Assembly: GCA_010093605.1 (NCBI GenBank)
Contig: MU004199.1
Location: 1,178,001 to 1,242,000 of the forward strand
DNA from: Lophium mytilinum
Taxonomy: Eukaryota
Direction of reading: 5' to 3'
Length of the DNA stretch: 64,000 nt
Positions 49,465-61,283 of this stretch are shown here, in pieces. A program made the translations under genes and the position numbers. Below the pieces are notes generated by a model, which was given only the letters and a program-made list of their open reading frames with translations, did not search any database and had not been told where the DNA came from. Each line of letters opens with the position of its first letter. Positions within the stretch are counted from its first letter, which is position 1.

Positions 49465-50570
49465 TCAAGCGCCAGCTGCCACGGTGGTGCCAGTGGCAGG
49501 TGCCATCGACTTAGCTTTCAATTTTTCCTCTTCCAACTGCTGTCTCTTCGCCGCCAGAACTGCAAAGTTCCGTTTCATTGCACTCGCTGTGAACTCCGCA
49601 CCAGTAACAGGAGGGTACTTCTTCTTAGGGCCTTGGATGACAGCGTCTGAACAGGGCTGGTTGAAATAGGCCATACTGTACCTGGGTCCGAAATAATCGC
49701 CTGGCTCGCAAGGTGCCTTGACCCTGTGGAAGGTCGATTTGAATCGGTCGTCCGACCACGACATCAAGAGATCACCGATGTTGCAAACAATCTCTCCAGC
49801 CTCAAGATGCACCTTGGACCAAGTATCGCCTTGTGCAAATTCTGTGACGACCTCTCGTCCCGGACATATCTCCAGCCCGCTTTGACCCTCGCGCTGGAAT
49901 AGTAGCGTCAAGAAACCCCAGTCTGCGTGTGCCCCAGCCCGGTGGTATACCTTCCCGTCCGACACCTCCGGTAACTCAAAGTAGTGTAGGAGCCGCAGCA
50001 CGGACTGCACGTTTTCGCGGCTGACGTCGTGAAGCTTGATGAAGTAGTCGTCGGGGAAGCCCAAGCCGCGGGCGAAGCATATCATGAGCCGCTCCGAGAC
50101 CTGACGGACGCGATGCATGAAGGCCAGGCTCTTCTCTTTGAACTCGGGGAGGTGTGAGCGAGAGATCCAGGTGTCGTTCATGTAGGACCCGAACTGCAAC
50201 TGATAGCTCTCTTTCGTGTCTGGGGCACCGGTCGAAGGTCGAATCTGGGCATTCTTCTCCCATCCGACATTGTTAGGGGACCATGGGACCTGAATGACGC
50301 GCCGTGAATCAGCACAAGAGATGGAATTTGATAGCTTGACACGCGACTGACCGTTGCTTTCACGTCGTCAGGCAGTGCAAAGAAGCTCTGAGATTGCGCA
50401 AACATGTCCTCGATCTCCTGGATGGAGATGCCATGATCGACGATGGCGAAGAAGCCGACATTCTCAGAGGCATCGCATAATTGGGTGGTGATGGCGTCGA
50501 TGTTGTTCTCGAAGTCGGAAAGCGATATCCTGGGGATGGTTCGCTCTCGGTACGTGGTTTTAGCTGTCAT
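49465..50570 (-). CDS. 2-oxoglutarate/Fe(II)-dependent dioxygenase (IPNS-like)
   Basis: IPRISLSDF, VGFFAIVDHGI, LRLLHY, GAHADWGFLTLLFQ (HxD), CNIGDLL, STFHRV, RYSMAYF. Intron 50290-50351. Confidence 0.95.
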
Positions 50571-50999
50571 TTTATAGTTCAAGCTCAAGTCGATGGCTGT
50601 TTATGCTGTGAGTGTCGAAGAAATTGCGTGTTTGTATGTCTATTGTAAAAGCGCATTTCTAGGCTCGTCCCCGCATCCTTTGTACTTCGAGCAACATGAC
50701 TGCGGCCATCAATTACTACGGGCGCGCCCGATAGACTCCTTCCGCAGCTCATGCTTCACCATGGGAATGGTATTCTGTCGTATCTCGGTACGCATAAGTG
50801 CACTGCAGTCTAACAGATGGTATCAGAAACACCCCCGCTACGGTAGCCGCCATTACCTTGCTTAGCGCTACCCGCTCCGGTTTACGACTACCCAAGAACA
50901 TCGCCCTTCCACTTCCTGATAAGAAGAGAGGCAACCGGCCGAGATACCGAAAGGCTTCGGCCGCAGTCCGATTCTGCCGGACCTCCGTCTCTCCTCCAC

Positions 51000-53714
51000 A
51001 TGGCGACCTCACGCAGACGGCTTGCATGCGCGGATTGCACTCGACGAAAGGTCAAATGTGATAAGGAGGTTCCGTGTAGCAATTGCATCAAGAGGTAAGT
51101 CGGCGGTCCCCGTTTTCTTTCCTTTTAGATCGTATACTCTCAATTGTTCTGGTAACTTGCTGAGGCATCTACCCAGGGGCAATCAAGATGCTTGTAACCG
51201 CGATGTCGAATCCAGTAATTTCGGACTTACCCAGCCTTTTGAAGTGCGCGATGGAGAGTCGACTGTTGTTGAGGCATTGTCAAGACGAATTGCCGAGTTA
51301 GAGGCGAAACTGAACACCACGGGAGCAATGCGTTCTTCCATGCCTGTCTTGCCTTCTCCAGGCTCTCGCTATGTGCCACCTTTAGCTTCGTCATCTTCAA
51401 GCTTAGCCCACATGGACAAACAGATCAGGCAAGGCTCCGAGATCGAAGACGCAGCGTCTATTTTGGAGTTCCTTGCTTGGGGCCGTATGAAGAATCCCGA
51501 CCACCACGAAGCAATTCTACCGAAAAGCCCGGCTAGAGGTCCACCAGAAGCAAATGGAGAAGAGCACATGATGTCGGAGCTGCAAGTCCTTCAACTGCAC
51601 CTACCAGATCGGCGCCAGGTGTATCAGCTAGTAAATTGGCATCTCGAAAGCTTACTGTGGTACCACGGCTCTTTCCATGCTCCTACGTTTCGCACTCAGC
51701 TACAGGAATTCTACGATGTCTACAACGGCTCTATCTTGAGCCCAGGGATATCCCTTCAATGGGCTGCGTTGCTATTCTCTGTCTTAACTGGGTCTCTGAC
51801 TTGCGCTAACAGGCAGATTGCTCAAAGCTGGGGGTTTATGGACACTGAGCAAGACACACTTTCACATCGCTGGTACCGAGGAACGACCACTTGCTTATAC
51901 CGCGGCGAGTACATGGCACATTACTCCTTGGATTCCGTTGAAGCCATCGCAACTTTGACGATCTCCGCCCACATGATTGGTTATTCCAATCAGCAGTCCA
52001 TTTTACTGGCTTCCGCCATAAAAATATCGCAGAGCCTAGGACTCCATCGTTTAGGCCCTGAACCAACCCAACCTAGCGAAAGAGACTTCCGCGGACGGCG
52101 CGTCTGGGCACAGCTGTGCACGCAAGACTGGTTCTCTATTCCCTTTTCCGAGAGCTACCTGATTCAGCCCTTACACTCCAATACCGAGAAGCCAGGCAAC
52201 CGAAACGACGATAGTGCCGCGATTATTCCAGATTCACAGCCGACCATTCTCGGTTATCCAAGATATTTACTAGATGTCGCATACATCATGCCACAGCTTC
52301 AAGACGCCGTCGTGGCCTCAAACACACTCTACACCAAGTACGAGCAAGTATTGAGATACGATAAGCAAATGCGTGCTTTAGCTACTACTCACAGACCCCA
52401 TTTCCTCTCCAATGTGCAGATTGATCCCGCTTGGCCTCACTATGTGCCATGGGCCCGAAGAGCTCTTGCGATCAGTTACTCTCACAAAATTTGTATGATT
52501 CATAGAGCGTAAGTCATTTATCTTCTATCACTCTTTGGAGCGCCCTTATATAAGCAAAGTTCGCTCGTAACCTGAGGCCTATCAAGGCTCGCCGGGCATG
52601 AAAAAAGTGGCACACTCATCAAGATCTGTCTTTTGCGGTCGTGTGTACACCTATCTACCACTGCTTAGAGTGCTTCAACAAATTTTCAGATAGTTCAAGG
52701 CTAAGAAGTTCTACCTCTTTTACATATCAAGAAAGTTATTGAAGCACCACAAACAGCGGTAGATAAGTGTATAAGAGGCAGAATGTGGTTGAGTGGGCCA
52801 CCTTTCTTATGCCCCGCGTGCAAGGGACGCTTCGGGCCAGCTTCTTGATCACGTGATTCTTCCAGAACCTGATTTGAACGTTTCTTCTTGAGCGGCCGAC
52901 TCCAGCATTACCCAACAGTTTTCAAAATAAACCGCAACTAGTGACTGCCTTTTTCAACTGCAGGTAGGGTGCTGACTGTCGCAGGTTCTTAGGACTCAGC
53001 TTCACGAATCCGGCCTTTTCGGTTACTAGGCGGACATGTATTGCTGCCGCAAAGACCATCCTGAAGGAACACGTGCAAGCCATGGAAGAGGATGGCCCTA
53101 TCTTGTGGATTTATCCTGCTTTTAGGTAAACAGGGGGCGGTTATTGCTTCTGATTTTACTATTACTAATTTCCATTCAGTATCGCTGCCTGCATTATACT
53201 TTGCCTCGATATATTCCACCGAACGACTGAAGAGCCAGAGACCTCAGAGCACAGGGTTCTAATCGAAGAAAGCATCGACACGCTGAAGCAGTATAAACAA
53301 AGCGCAATTGCTGCCCGCGGAGTTAAACTCCTATCTGAGCTGCTCGAAGCGGTAGACCGCAGCCGCACGAACTCCCGAAAGCGTAGAGCCGGCTCACCTA
53401 ATCATCAGGAAAGCTACGCAAGCTCAGAAAAGCGGCAACGATTCCCAGACATGCGCAAGTTCGTGAGGTTAATGTGGGGTCGCGATTCTCAGCCTGCAAC
53501 AAGCAGCAACGACGAATCTCAATCTGCCGACCTGGGAAATGATGCAGCTATCGATCCACTATTACGCGATGGAACTTCCGGGGATAACGATGAACTGCAT
53601 ATAGATTTTCCTGGCGAAGACTTGTACGGCACCTTTCCGCTGTCGCAAGCGCCCTTTGACGGGGCAAGCACGTTCGAACATTTGCTATTCCTCGCAGGCG
53701 GCTTTGGTGATTGA
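51000..53714 (+). CDS. Zn(II)2Cys6 transcription factor with fungal-specific TF domain
   Basis: ACADCTRRKVKCDKEVPCSNCIKR/GNQDAC; SQSLGLHRLG, RRVWAQLCTQDW. Introns 51095-51176, 52509-52984 and 53126-53179 restore one continuous frame. Confidence 0.93.
52590..52820. mobile_element. Foldback MITE, copy 1 (inside intron 2 of the Zn2Cys6 gene)
   Basis: Inverted pairs GGGCATGAAAAAAGTGGCACACTCA / TGAGTGGGCCACCTTTCTTATGCCC and TACACCTATCTACCACTGCTTAGAGTGCTTCAA / TTGAAGCACCACAAACAGCGGTAGATAAGTGTA. Confidence 0.8.
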
Positions 53715-53811
53715 AATAATACCACCATATTTCGCCGTCTCAATTATCTAAATAGGATGTAGCTTCCAGCACGTCAGAGCTCGGACTCGCATCTATTCGC
53801 TGATAGGCCCA

Positions 53812-54212
53812 GGCACGCTAGGCACGAAAAAAGTGGCACGCTCAATCAAGCGGTTCAACACCGTCTGAGGTGGCCCGGAGAGCTATCAGGCTTGCCAAAG
53901 CTAGTATTTCATGGACAGCAATAACATACTAGAGGACCTCAAACGGTGCTAAGAAAGGGTCCACAAATATAGAAATGGAGGGTAGGCCTTACGGAGTTTT
54001 AGAGTGTTAACTCCTGCTCCCACGGTGTCTCACCAAGCAAGTAGGTGCACCTGTCTGCCACTGCTTGGGGTGTTTTAACAAATTTTGATATAGTCCAACG
54101 CTAAGACTTTTATCTCGTTTATATATCCAAAAGTGCACTGAAGCACCACAAGCAGCGGTAGACAGGTGTACAAAAGGCAGGATAGAGTGCCACAATTCTC
54201 ATGCCTCGCGGG
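53812..54212. mobile_element. Foldback MITE, copy 2, with ~180-bp extra segment in the left arm
   Basis: Ends GGCACGAAAAAAGTGGCAC ... GTGCCACAATTCTCATGCC. 54040-54205 aligns colinearly with 52645-52815, including the spacer AACAAATTTT...GCTAAGA. Confidence 0.78.
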
Positions 54213-54483
54213 GCCGAAGGCGTGCTTCCCTGTCACCTGCCGACGCGGAGAAGCTATCTGCATGTCTATCCAATCACACATGGAGCGAGTTCGAATCTGG
54301 GGAGTAGCTTGACGAAGAGCTGCAAGGCTGAAAATAATAGGCATCAATTGGACGACACAGAGGCACTACTAGATACGAGGTCCAGCTACTCCGCCTTCTT
54401 AAAGATAACGCAGCGCCTTGTCACTTTCGTTGTCCAGCCTCCCCATCTCAGTTTTTTGACTTCTGCCGTACGAAAACTTCGTT

Positions 54484-55827
54484 ATGCCTGCCCCAACAGG
54501 CGAACTCACAGACCGGGCCGACATCCAATACTACAATGTCGGCCCATTGACGACCATTTGGACACCCCCGGATATTTGCCTGAAAACCACTACTGTGGTG
54601 TATAATGCAGGATACGCTATACCTCATGTCATGTCTTCTTTTACTGATGCCACAAATGCCGGCGTTAATATTAGATCCGAATGCTACCCGTCCTGGACTT
54701 CAAGCCTCACCGCCACGTTGATCGACAAAATGACTCTCTTCAACTCCATCTGGCCCGACCTTGGCTTCTACTTCTATTCGCCGGGGGTATGCCCTGAAGG
54801 CTGGAAGGCGGCATGCACACAAACCACACTAATCGGCAATGTCGAATATAACAGTGTTGGATTATCGATTGGGAAAGATACAACACTGGCCATGTGTTGC
54901 CCTTCGTAAGTTTCTCTCGCTTCTGCTATAAAGTAGAACAACGCGATAAGCTCGAAGTGCCAAGTTAACGATAATTTTCTGATTCTTTTCAGAGGCTTTA
55001 CCTGTGGCACTATCGGAACCTACCTACAGACTTGCCAACAGAGCTCATCTGGCGACATCTCCAATGTAGCCGAGTGGAACACCAATACTCCACCCACGAT
55101 CACGTCGTTGGGCACTATGAACCTCCAGAATGCTGAACTTATGGCGGTTAGCATTATTCCGATCCTTTGGGAGAATAGTGATACCGATGTCCTATCTCTT
55201 ATGGGAATCACGCCTACAGGGGCCTACGCACCTACATCAAGCTCATCTAGCAGTACACCAGCGCCGTCCTCCACCCTTTCAACCGCTCTCAAAACAACCT
55301 TTCAATCAGCCTCTCGAACAACAACCCCGCCACCTCCGTCTACATCGTCAGCCGCCCCAGCAGTAGCCCAAGGAAAAAGCAGACTCTCTTCAGGCGCAAA
55401 AGCTGGCATAGCAATTGGCGTGATCGGTGCCGTGGCTATCTTTGCCGGCTTCCTAGCTCTCTTCATACGGCGCCGGAGGAGCAAACAAGCAGATCTAGCT
55501 GCCACAAACCGAAACGGAGGCCACTCCGATCTTCCAGAACTACGCTCGCCGCTCACCGCAACGGCTCTCTCTGCAACAGCAGAGAAACACAACGCACCGG
55601 AGACTGAACCGAATACTGTTCCAGCTGCTGTTCCTGCTGCACCGACTTTCGCGGCTGCAAGTCTAAGCACTCAGCCTAGCCCTGCTCGCCTCGACTTCCT
55701 CCGCTCACGCATTGATGCGGTTCGCGCGGAGAAAGAGCGGCTGCATCGAATGGCGGAGCTGGAGGCGTTGGAGTTTCAGCTGCAGCGGGAGATTTTGGAG
55801 GCGCAGAGGATGGAGACTGGGACGTAG
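54484..55827 (+). CDS. Single-pass membrane protein with Cys-containing N-terminal domain and Ser/Thr stalk (Mid2/Wsc-like architecture)
   Basis: GPLTTIWTPPDIC, FYSPGVCPEGW, MCCPSGFTC; transmembrane segment GAKAGIAIGVIGAVAIFAGFLALFI followed by RRRR. Intron 54906-54992. Confidence 0.85.
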
Positions 55828-56572
55828 TGGGGAGGCGAAGTTGTTAAGAATACGCGATAATTTAATGATGGATGCTAGAGGGGTGACTGGACTACTGGAA
55901 AAGGTCCAGGCAAACCCACGGCTTTATCTACCCCTCGAGGACTGCAGAACTGTCATCGATCGCCGGGAAAGGCAGGACTACCGGTATTCCTCCTTATCTT
56001 TTCTCTACGCCACTAGGAGTGTTGTATGCGGAATGCTTACTTCATACGCTTATTAGCATCAAGTTGTAAATACCTCGGGTCTCAATATGTCGTAATATGG
56101 AGGGTTAGGGATATACATATCAGAGTCTTGCAGAGTGGGTGGTCCTTAACTCTAACATCATCTTGTATAGAGAGTTATTTACGCTACTCGCGGCATTAAA
56201 GGCCCGAGCCTTTGTATTACTAGGGAGTGGGCGTGTAGTAAAGCTCTAAATGATATACTCTCGATGTCTGGGGATTTTGGAGGGTTAGTGGAGGAGATAG
56301 CCACGCAACAATAATGTTTTCCCTTTTTGCTGATGACTTGAAAACTTGAAAACTCTGAATGATTTATGAGTGACTGGTACGCCGAAGAATGAAAGGAGAG
56401 ATGATAGTAGCGTGGCGTATGCTTATCATTGCACAGTGGTAGGCAGCCAAAAGGCGCACCTACAGCCGAGTAGTTGATCCAATTCAGGTAAGTTATCGTA
56501 CCAATACACTCTGTCCTCATTCAACCTTTCCGCCCTTCGCTATTCAAACAGCCTCCTGGTCTAATTCCAAAA

Positions 56573-57757
56573 TCACAATTGTTCTGCAACCCACCCCCAC
56601 CACTCCTGCACATCCGCCCCCTCCCCTTTATCCCCCTTTACGCTCCCTCCAGCAACTTTAACCTCAATGTCCGAATCCTCCAACATCTTGAAACCAAAAG
56701 TGCCTTCATAGCCGTCCGCTAAACCTTCCCGCTCCTCCTCCTCGCCATCCCCAGCACTCAGCTCAATCCCCGAATCCTTCAGCGCACGCCCCCTTGTCTT
56801 CCTCACCTCCTCAACCGCCTTTTCCAGCCGTAACTTCACGAGACTCTGGGGTAGCGCTGTAAAAAGATCCATTTTATTCGCCGCAACGAGCACAGGGATT
56901 GCGGCCGGCCCTTTCGAGGTCTTGTTCCCCGTATGCCGTTTTTGTAACAAAAGCAAGACATCGTGCAAATATTCTCCGGTCTCGGCGGCCCCCGCGTCTT
57001 CGCCCAACGCCGCGGCATCCAGCACGAAGATTATGCCCTTGAGCGCACCCCCGGGGCTGGTCTTTGTGAGAGACGAGAGCGCATAGTGGCGCAGCTTCCC
57101 GTGGCCGGGGGTGTCGAGCAGCCGGAACTTGCGTGCACGGTCGGCGGAGGGGTCGTTGTTCGACCGGTAGCGGGAGGAGGCGGGTGTCGTGGTGATAGGG
57201 AGGGTCAGGCTGGCGGCCGTTGGGGTCGAGGAGGTGTGGGTTGCGGAGGGGGCGCCATGGGAGAGCTGTGAGAGATCGTGGTCAGCGAACGGTCTGTCGG
57301 GAGTCCGAGCTGCTCGAAGCTATAAACAGAGCCGGAGTATCTTGGGTACTCTGGTCCCAGGATCGGCACTAATTTCTAATTTGCGCCTCTGTTATATTTG
57401 GGGCTGGGTGACTGATGACAGCAGTGAAGCTGACAGTCTTCGTCCACTGGGACCATTCTTTCGGGACCTGGAGACCCCGGCAAGGCGTTTTCCCCAGGAT
57501 CGAGATGGGTGAGGGCTGAGCGCGTCGGGGACCAGCGTAGATGAAGTCGCACTCACCAGCGTCAGCAAGCTCGTCTTGCCCGCGCCGCTGGGCCCAACCA
57601 GCAGGAAGGTCGGGAAACTGTCGGGCGCGCGGCGGCGATAGATGTAGGCATGCAGCAGGATTGGCAGCGCAATCACGACGAGCAGCGCCAGCGCGAGGGT
57701 GCCGGGATGCGGCGCGAAGGCGAGCGTGAGCCAGCTGTCAGCATCGTGCCAGGCCAT
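56573..57757 (-). CDS. SRP102: Signal recognition particle receptor beta subunit
   Basis: N-terminal TM segment, TFLLVGPSGAGKTSLLTL (G1), LLDTPGHGKLR (G3), VLVAANKMDLFTA (G4), WWGWVAEQL. Intron 57266-57556. Confidence 0.93.
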
Positions 57758-59204
57758 GCTAGGGACCTGGGAGAGGGCGGATTCGAGGGCGTCGAGATTG
57801 GGAGGGTGAGGTTGGAGCTGGGTTGGGGTGTCGTGGGCGTGGTGAGTGAGACGACGTGGTCGACGTGGGGATTGCGTTTCGCTCACGAGTCATTGCTGGT
57901 GTGCCGGATGGCGCCGCGCGGAGATCTGGTGCGGGAAAGGCGGGCACTAGTGAGCTTATTTTGGCCGTCACAACTTCCAACCACCTGCATGCATGCGTAT
58001 TACAGCGAGACTCGAAATAGTCCGAGGAAGAGGGCCGCCTGCATTCGTCAAACTACATAGATGCTTTTGATACTAACTTGGTAATCATACAACACACTGC
58101 CGCCGTCATTAATGCACTCATCCCGGGTCCATCTCTTTTCGCCCCCATCTCATATTGATCTATGCAGGCCTCCTCCTTCTCTTTCACCGACATTACAATG
58201 CATCGTCCAACCTTGCATCGCTGATCTCATCGTGCGGTCGATCCGTGTGTTTGACCATCACGACAGAGCATTACAGGACAGCGCAGGAGAGGTAGACTGA
58301 AAACAAGTGAAAGAGCCGGTATACCTATAACCTACATGCTCCACGCCAGAATTTTTTGCCCACTTGCACCGTAGCCTATGATCCATACCGATACCGAACC
58401 CGTAATCCGTAACCCATTGCCCATACAGTGACCATTCCAAATACCCAGTGCCTTAGCCGTACCCTTCCCCTAATCCTGATACCTAGATCTCATGACCATA
58501 AATGCCGTTACAAAAGAAACAAGAAAAAGATTTGCATGGTGCAAGCTACAACATATGAGATGAAATTCGGGACAGGGAAGCAAGCGCTCATGCAGTTTCG
58601 TGACGGTCATACCTAGGTAGCATAGATAGCACATGACAGATGACAAGTTCGAACAAGGAGATGCAACTTGCAGCCGACAGAACCTGAGGTAGAGATGGAG
58701 GGCGTTTGACTACAGTGGTGGGCTTGTTTTGCAGAACAAGAGCTGCGTGACTGATTCTGAAAGCCCGGCTCCGAATGTAGGGGATCTTGTGTGGGTTGCT
58801 GCGTGGCCCTTGACTTTCAAAGCTATCCTAGTACGGCGGCCTTCTAGGCAAACCGGTTGCTAGCCTTAAACGCCCTGTTCCAATTTATATCCCTGTGCCT
58901 GCGCCCGACCCATGCCGAGCCTACGAAAGTGCAAGAGACTTGGCTCAATAGCAATACTTTCAGGCTGGCAAGGTGATAGCCGGCTTGACGGGAGCCCGAA
59001 GCGGGATGTGGTAAGAATGACTCGACAATGAATTTCGTTAAGAAGAACGAATTGGATATGGTGATAAGTATGTGGGGTGTATAAACGCAGAACCCTTCCA
59101 GATTAGACATGGCTTCATCTTCGTCTTCCTCGCTCGTGGCCGGTATGCTGTGTAATGTAGATGTATAGCATTTTCTTTTGGGTGCGTGGAAGGAAGTTGA
59201 GTGC

Positions 59205-61283
59205 TCAATACGTGGTGTGGCTAGTATGAGCAGCGTGGAGGTCAGGGTAGTAGCCACGGCTGGACTCGATCCCTTGGAAACGGCCGCAGCCTCCGACCTG
59301 CCAGCCAGTTGAAACTGACTCTTCTTTGATCCTCCTTGTGTCCTGGAACGGTGCTGGAGGTGGCTTGTCTTGAGGAATTCCAGCGTCGTAGATCGGACTT
59401 GGATAGTACTGGTAACCATCGTAACCATCGATCGCTTTGCTTTCATCTTCGTCCATCATGTGTTGGTCTCCGACCAAGCCCTCCACTGGACCTCCACTCA
59501 GCGAGCTAGCGGAGCTCACCGAATGACTGCCTACTGGGCTGGGGTCGAGTGAATACTGATTGCCGGGACGATATCCTCCCGCATTGTATCCACCAGATAG
59601 CCCACCACCACCTAGGCCTCCAGAGGGCATGTAGCGTTGTAGCCCTCCAGCACCGTAATGAGAATGGCCAGGACCACCAGGGCCTGTTCCACCTCTTCCT
59701 GAATTGCCAGTACCATGTGGCCCTTCGTTTTGGTAGTGGCTCGGTGAACGACCACGGACAACAACAGGCTGGGAAACGCGCTGCGCGACTTTGAACCAGT
59801 TGGGTTTTTCATCACAACCTTTCTGTATATTGACCCACAGCTCTACAATCAGGTGGTAGTACTGTTGCTGGGCTCGACGTTTTCCATTGTTTGCCGTCGC
59901 AGACTTGAACTGAATCCGTTCGAAAGTGTGTTGGTGTGTGGCGGCAGAGTGGCCTGTAGGAGCGTACCCATGGGGCTGCTCGCCATCGTTTTGAAGAGGT
60001 AGATAGGGTCCTCCCACACTTTGCGTGGACTGGTAGTGAGCCAAACCATACGTGTGGTCGTTATGCGATTTTCCCGGAGGTGTGGGAGAGAGGAGTTGTT
60101 TCGTGATGGCAAGTTGAGGTCCCTTGTCTCGCTTTGGGGTATGTTGAATGAGCTCAATCGTTTTCCCGGTGGCTCCATCCACGGCAGCCGACAATGACAT
60201 TGCAATCGACTGAATCTGTTCTGCAGGCTTGCTCCCACGGGTTAGGTAGAGACGCCCGTTGTTGCTGATGTGTGGGTTAAGTGCGTATGACACAAGCACA
60301 GAGAAATAGTTGCGTCGATAGCAAGTCCACACTCTATCATTGGAGAAAAAGAACCCCTTTTCGATCTTGGCGTCAATGTGCGGGACAATGGTCTGGCCAT
60401 CGCAGGTAATGTCGCCATAGTTCTCCTGTTGATTGAATGGAGGCGTATCAGTCAGAGCCTGTGGGTTGGTGGAGTAATTCATCATGGTCCCTGCGCTACT
60501 GAACGAAGACGCTGATGGCGGAGAGAGTGGGAGAGAGGTCTGAAGACTGCGAGGTGTCTCGGGTAGCGAGCCGTACGGGGCTCGAGAAAGCGGATCGGGA
60601 TGCCCACGAGGGGAGAGGGCAGAGTGTCTGTGGAGGTGAGGTGTTGAAGTGGTATAGTTATCTCTAGCAGATGCTCCTAGAGATGGTGACACTGGATTGC
60701 CAATCCCTGGTGATCGTGCAGGAGGTAACATGCCCGGTGTCGAATGGTCCGTTCTACCGTCTGCTGTCAGCTGTCATGCATCAAAACTCAGGTTGGACGG
60801 GACGGAAAGGCTATCGAGCGTCAAGGCTACTTACATAGACGACATTCTTCTTGGCATCAAGTTGCCAAACTGCTGGTAGGTGTTCGGGAAATACTGGTTC
60901 GTATTCGAGTACGAGTTTGCCAGGCTGGGGGTGGGATATCCGACGCTGGCTGCCGAGAAGGACGAGAAGGCTAACGAGGATGCGTTTGAGCTCGGACTGG
61001 TCGAGATGGAGCCTGAGCTGGAGTCGGAGAATCCAGTGCCGGTTTGGTGCCTATAGCTGGCCTGTTAGCCACGTCCTCTAGGCGTGCGTTCGGAAATGAT
61101 GCCAGCAGGAGGCTATGTGTAACATGAGCAGCACGGTGGCACGGTTTTAGTTGTCAATCCTGACAGGCACGATATGACACGGCTGGGGTTGTCGTGTGAT
61201 CAATGTGACAGACCGGCGTGGTGGGAAAGATAGGTGCACCACTCTGCCGGTACGTGTACGACCTGCGTGCTGAGGGCCGACAT
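59205..61283 (-). CDS. ndt80: Ndt80/PhoG-family transcription factor (Ndt80/NdtA/FSD-1 type); 5' exons tentative
   Basis: WTCYRRNYFSV, IELIQHTPKRDKGP, HTFERIQFKSATANNGKRRAQQQYY, VVVRGRSPSHY. Main exon 59205-60753; in-frame upstream exon about 60835-61050; possible first exon from ATG 61283. Confidence 0.88.

Noticed and set aside
57411..57445. CTGATGA followed by a stem, resembling a hammerhead core or C box; ATGGTCCCAG (minus strand) resembling the HDV ribozyme
   Set aside because: There is no GAAA after stem II and the motif is antisense to the host gene; the HDV P3/P1.1 elements are absent.
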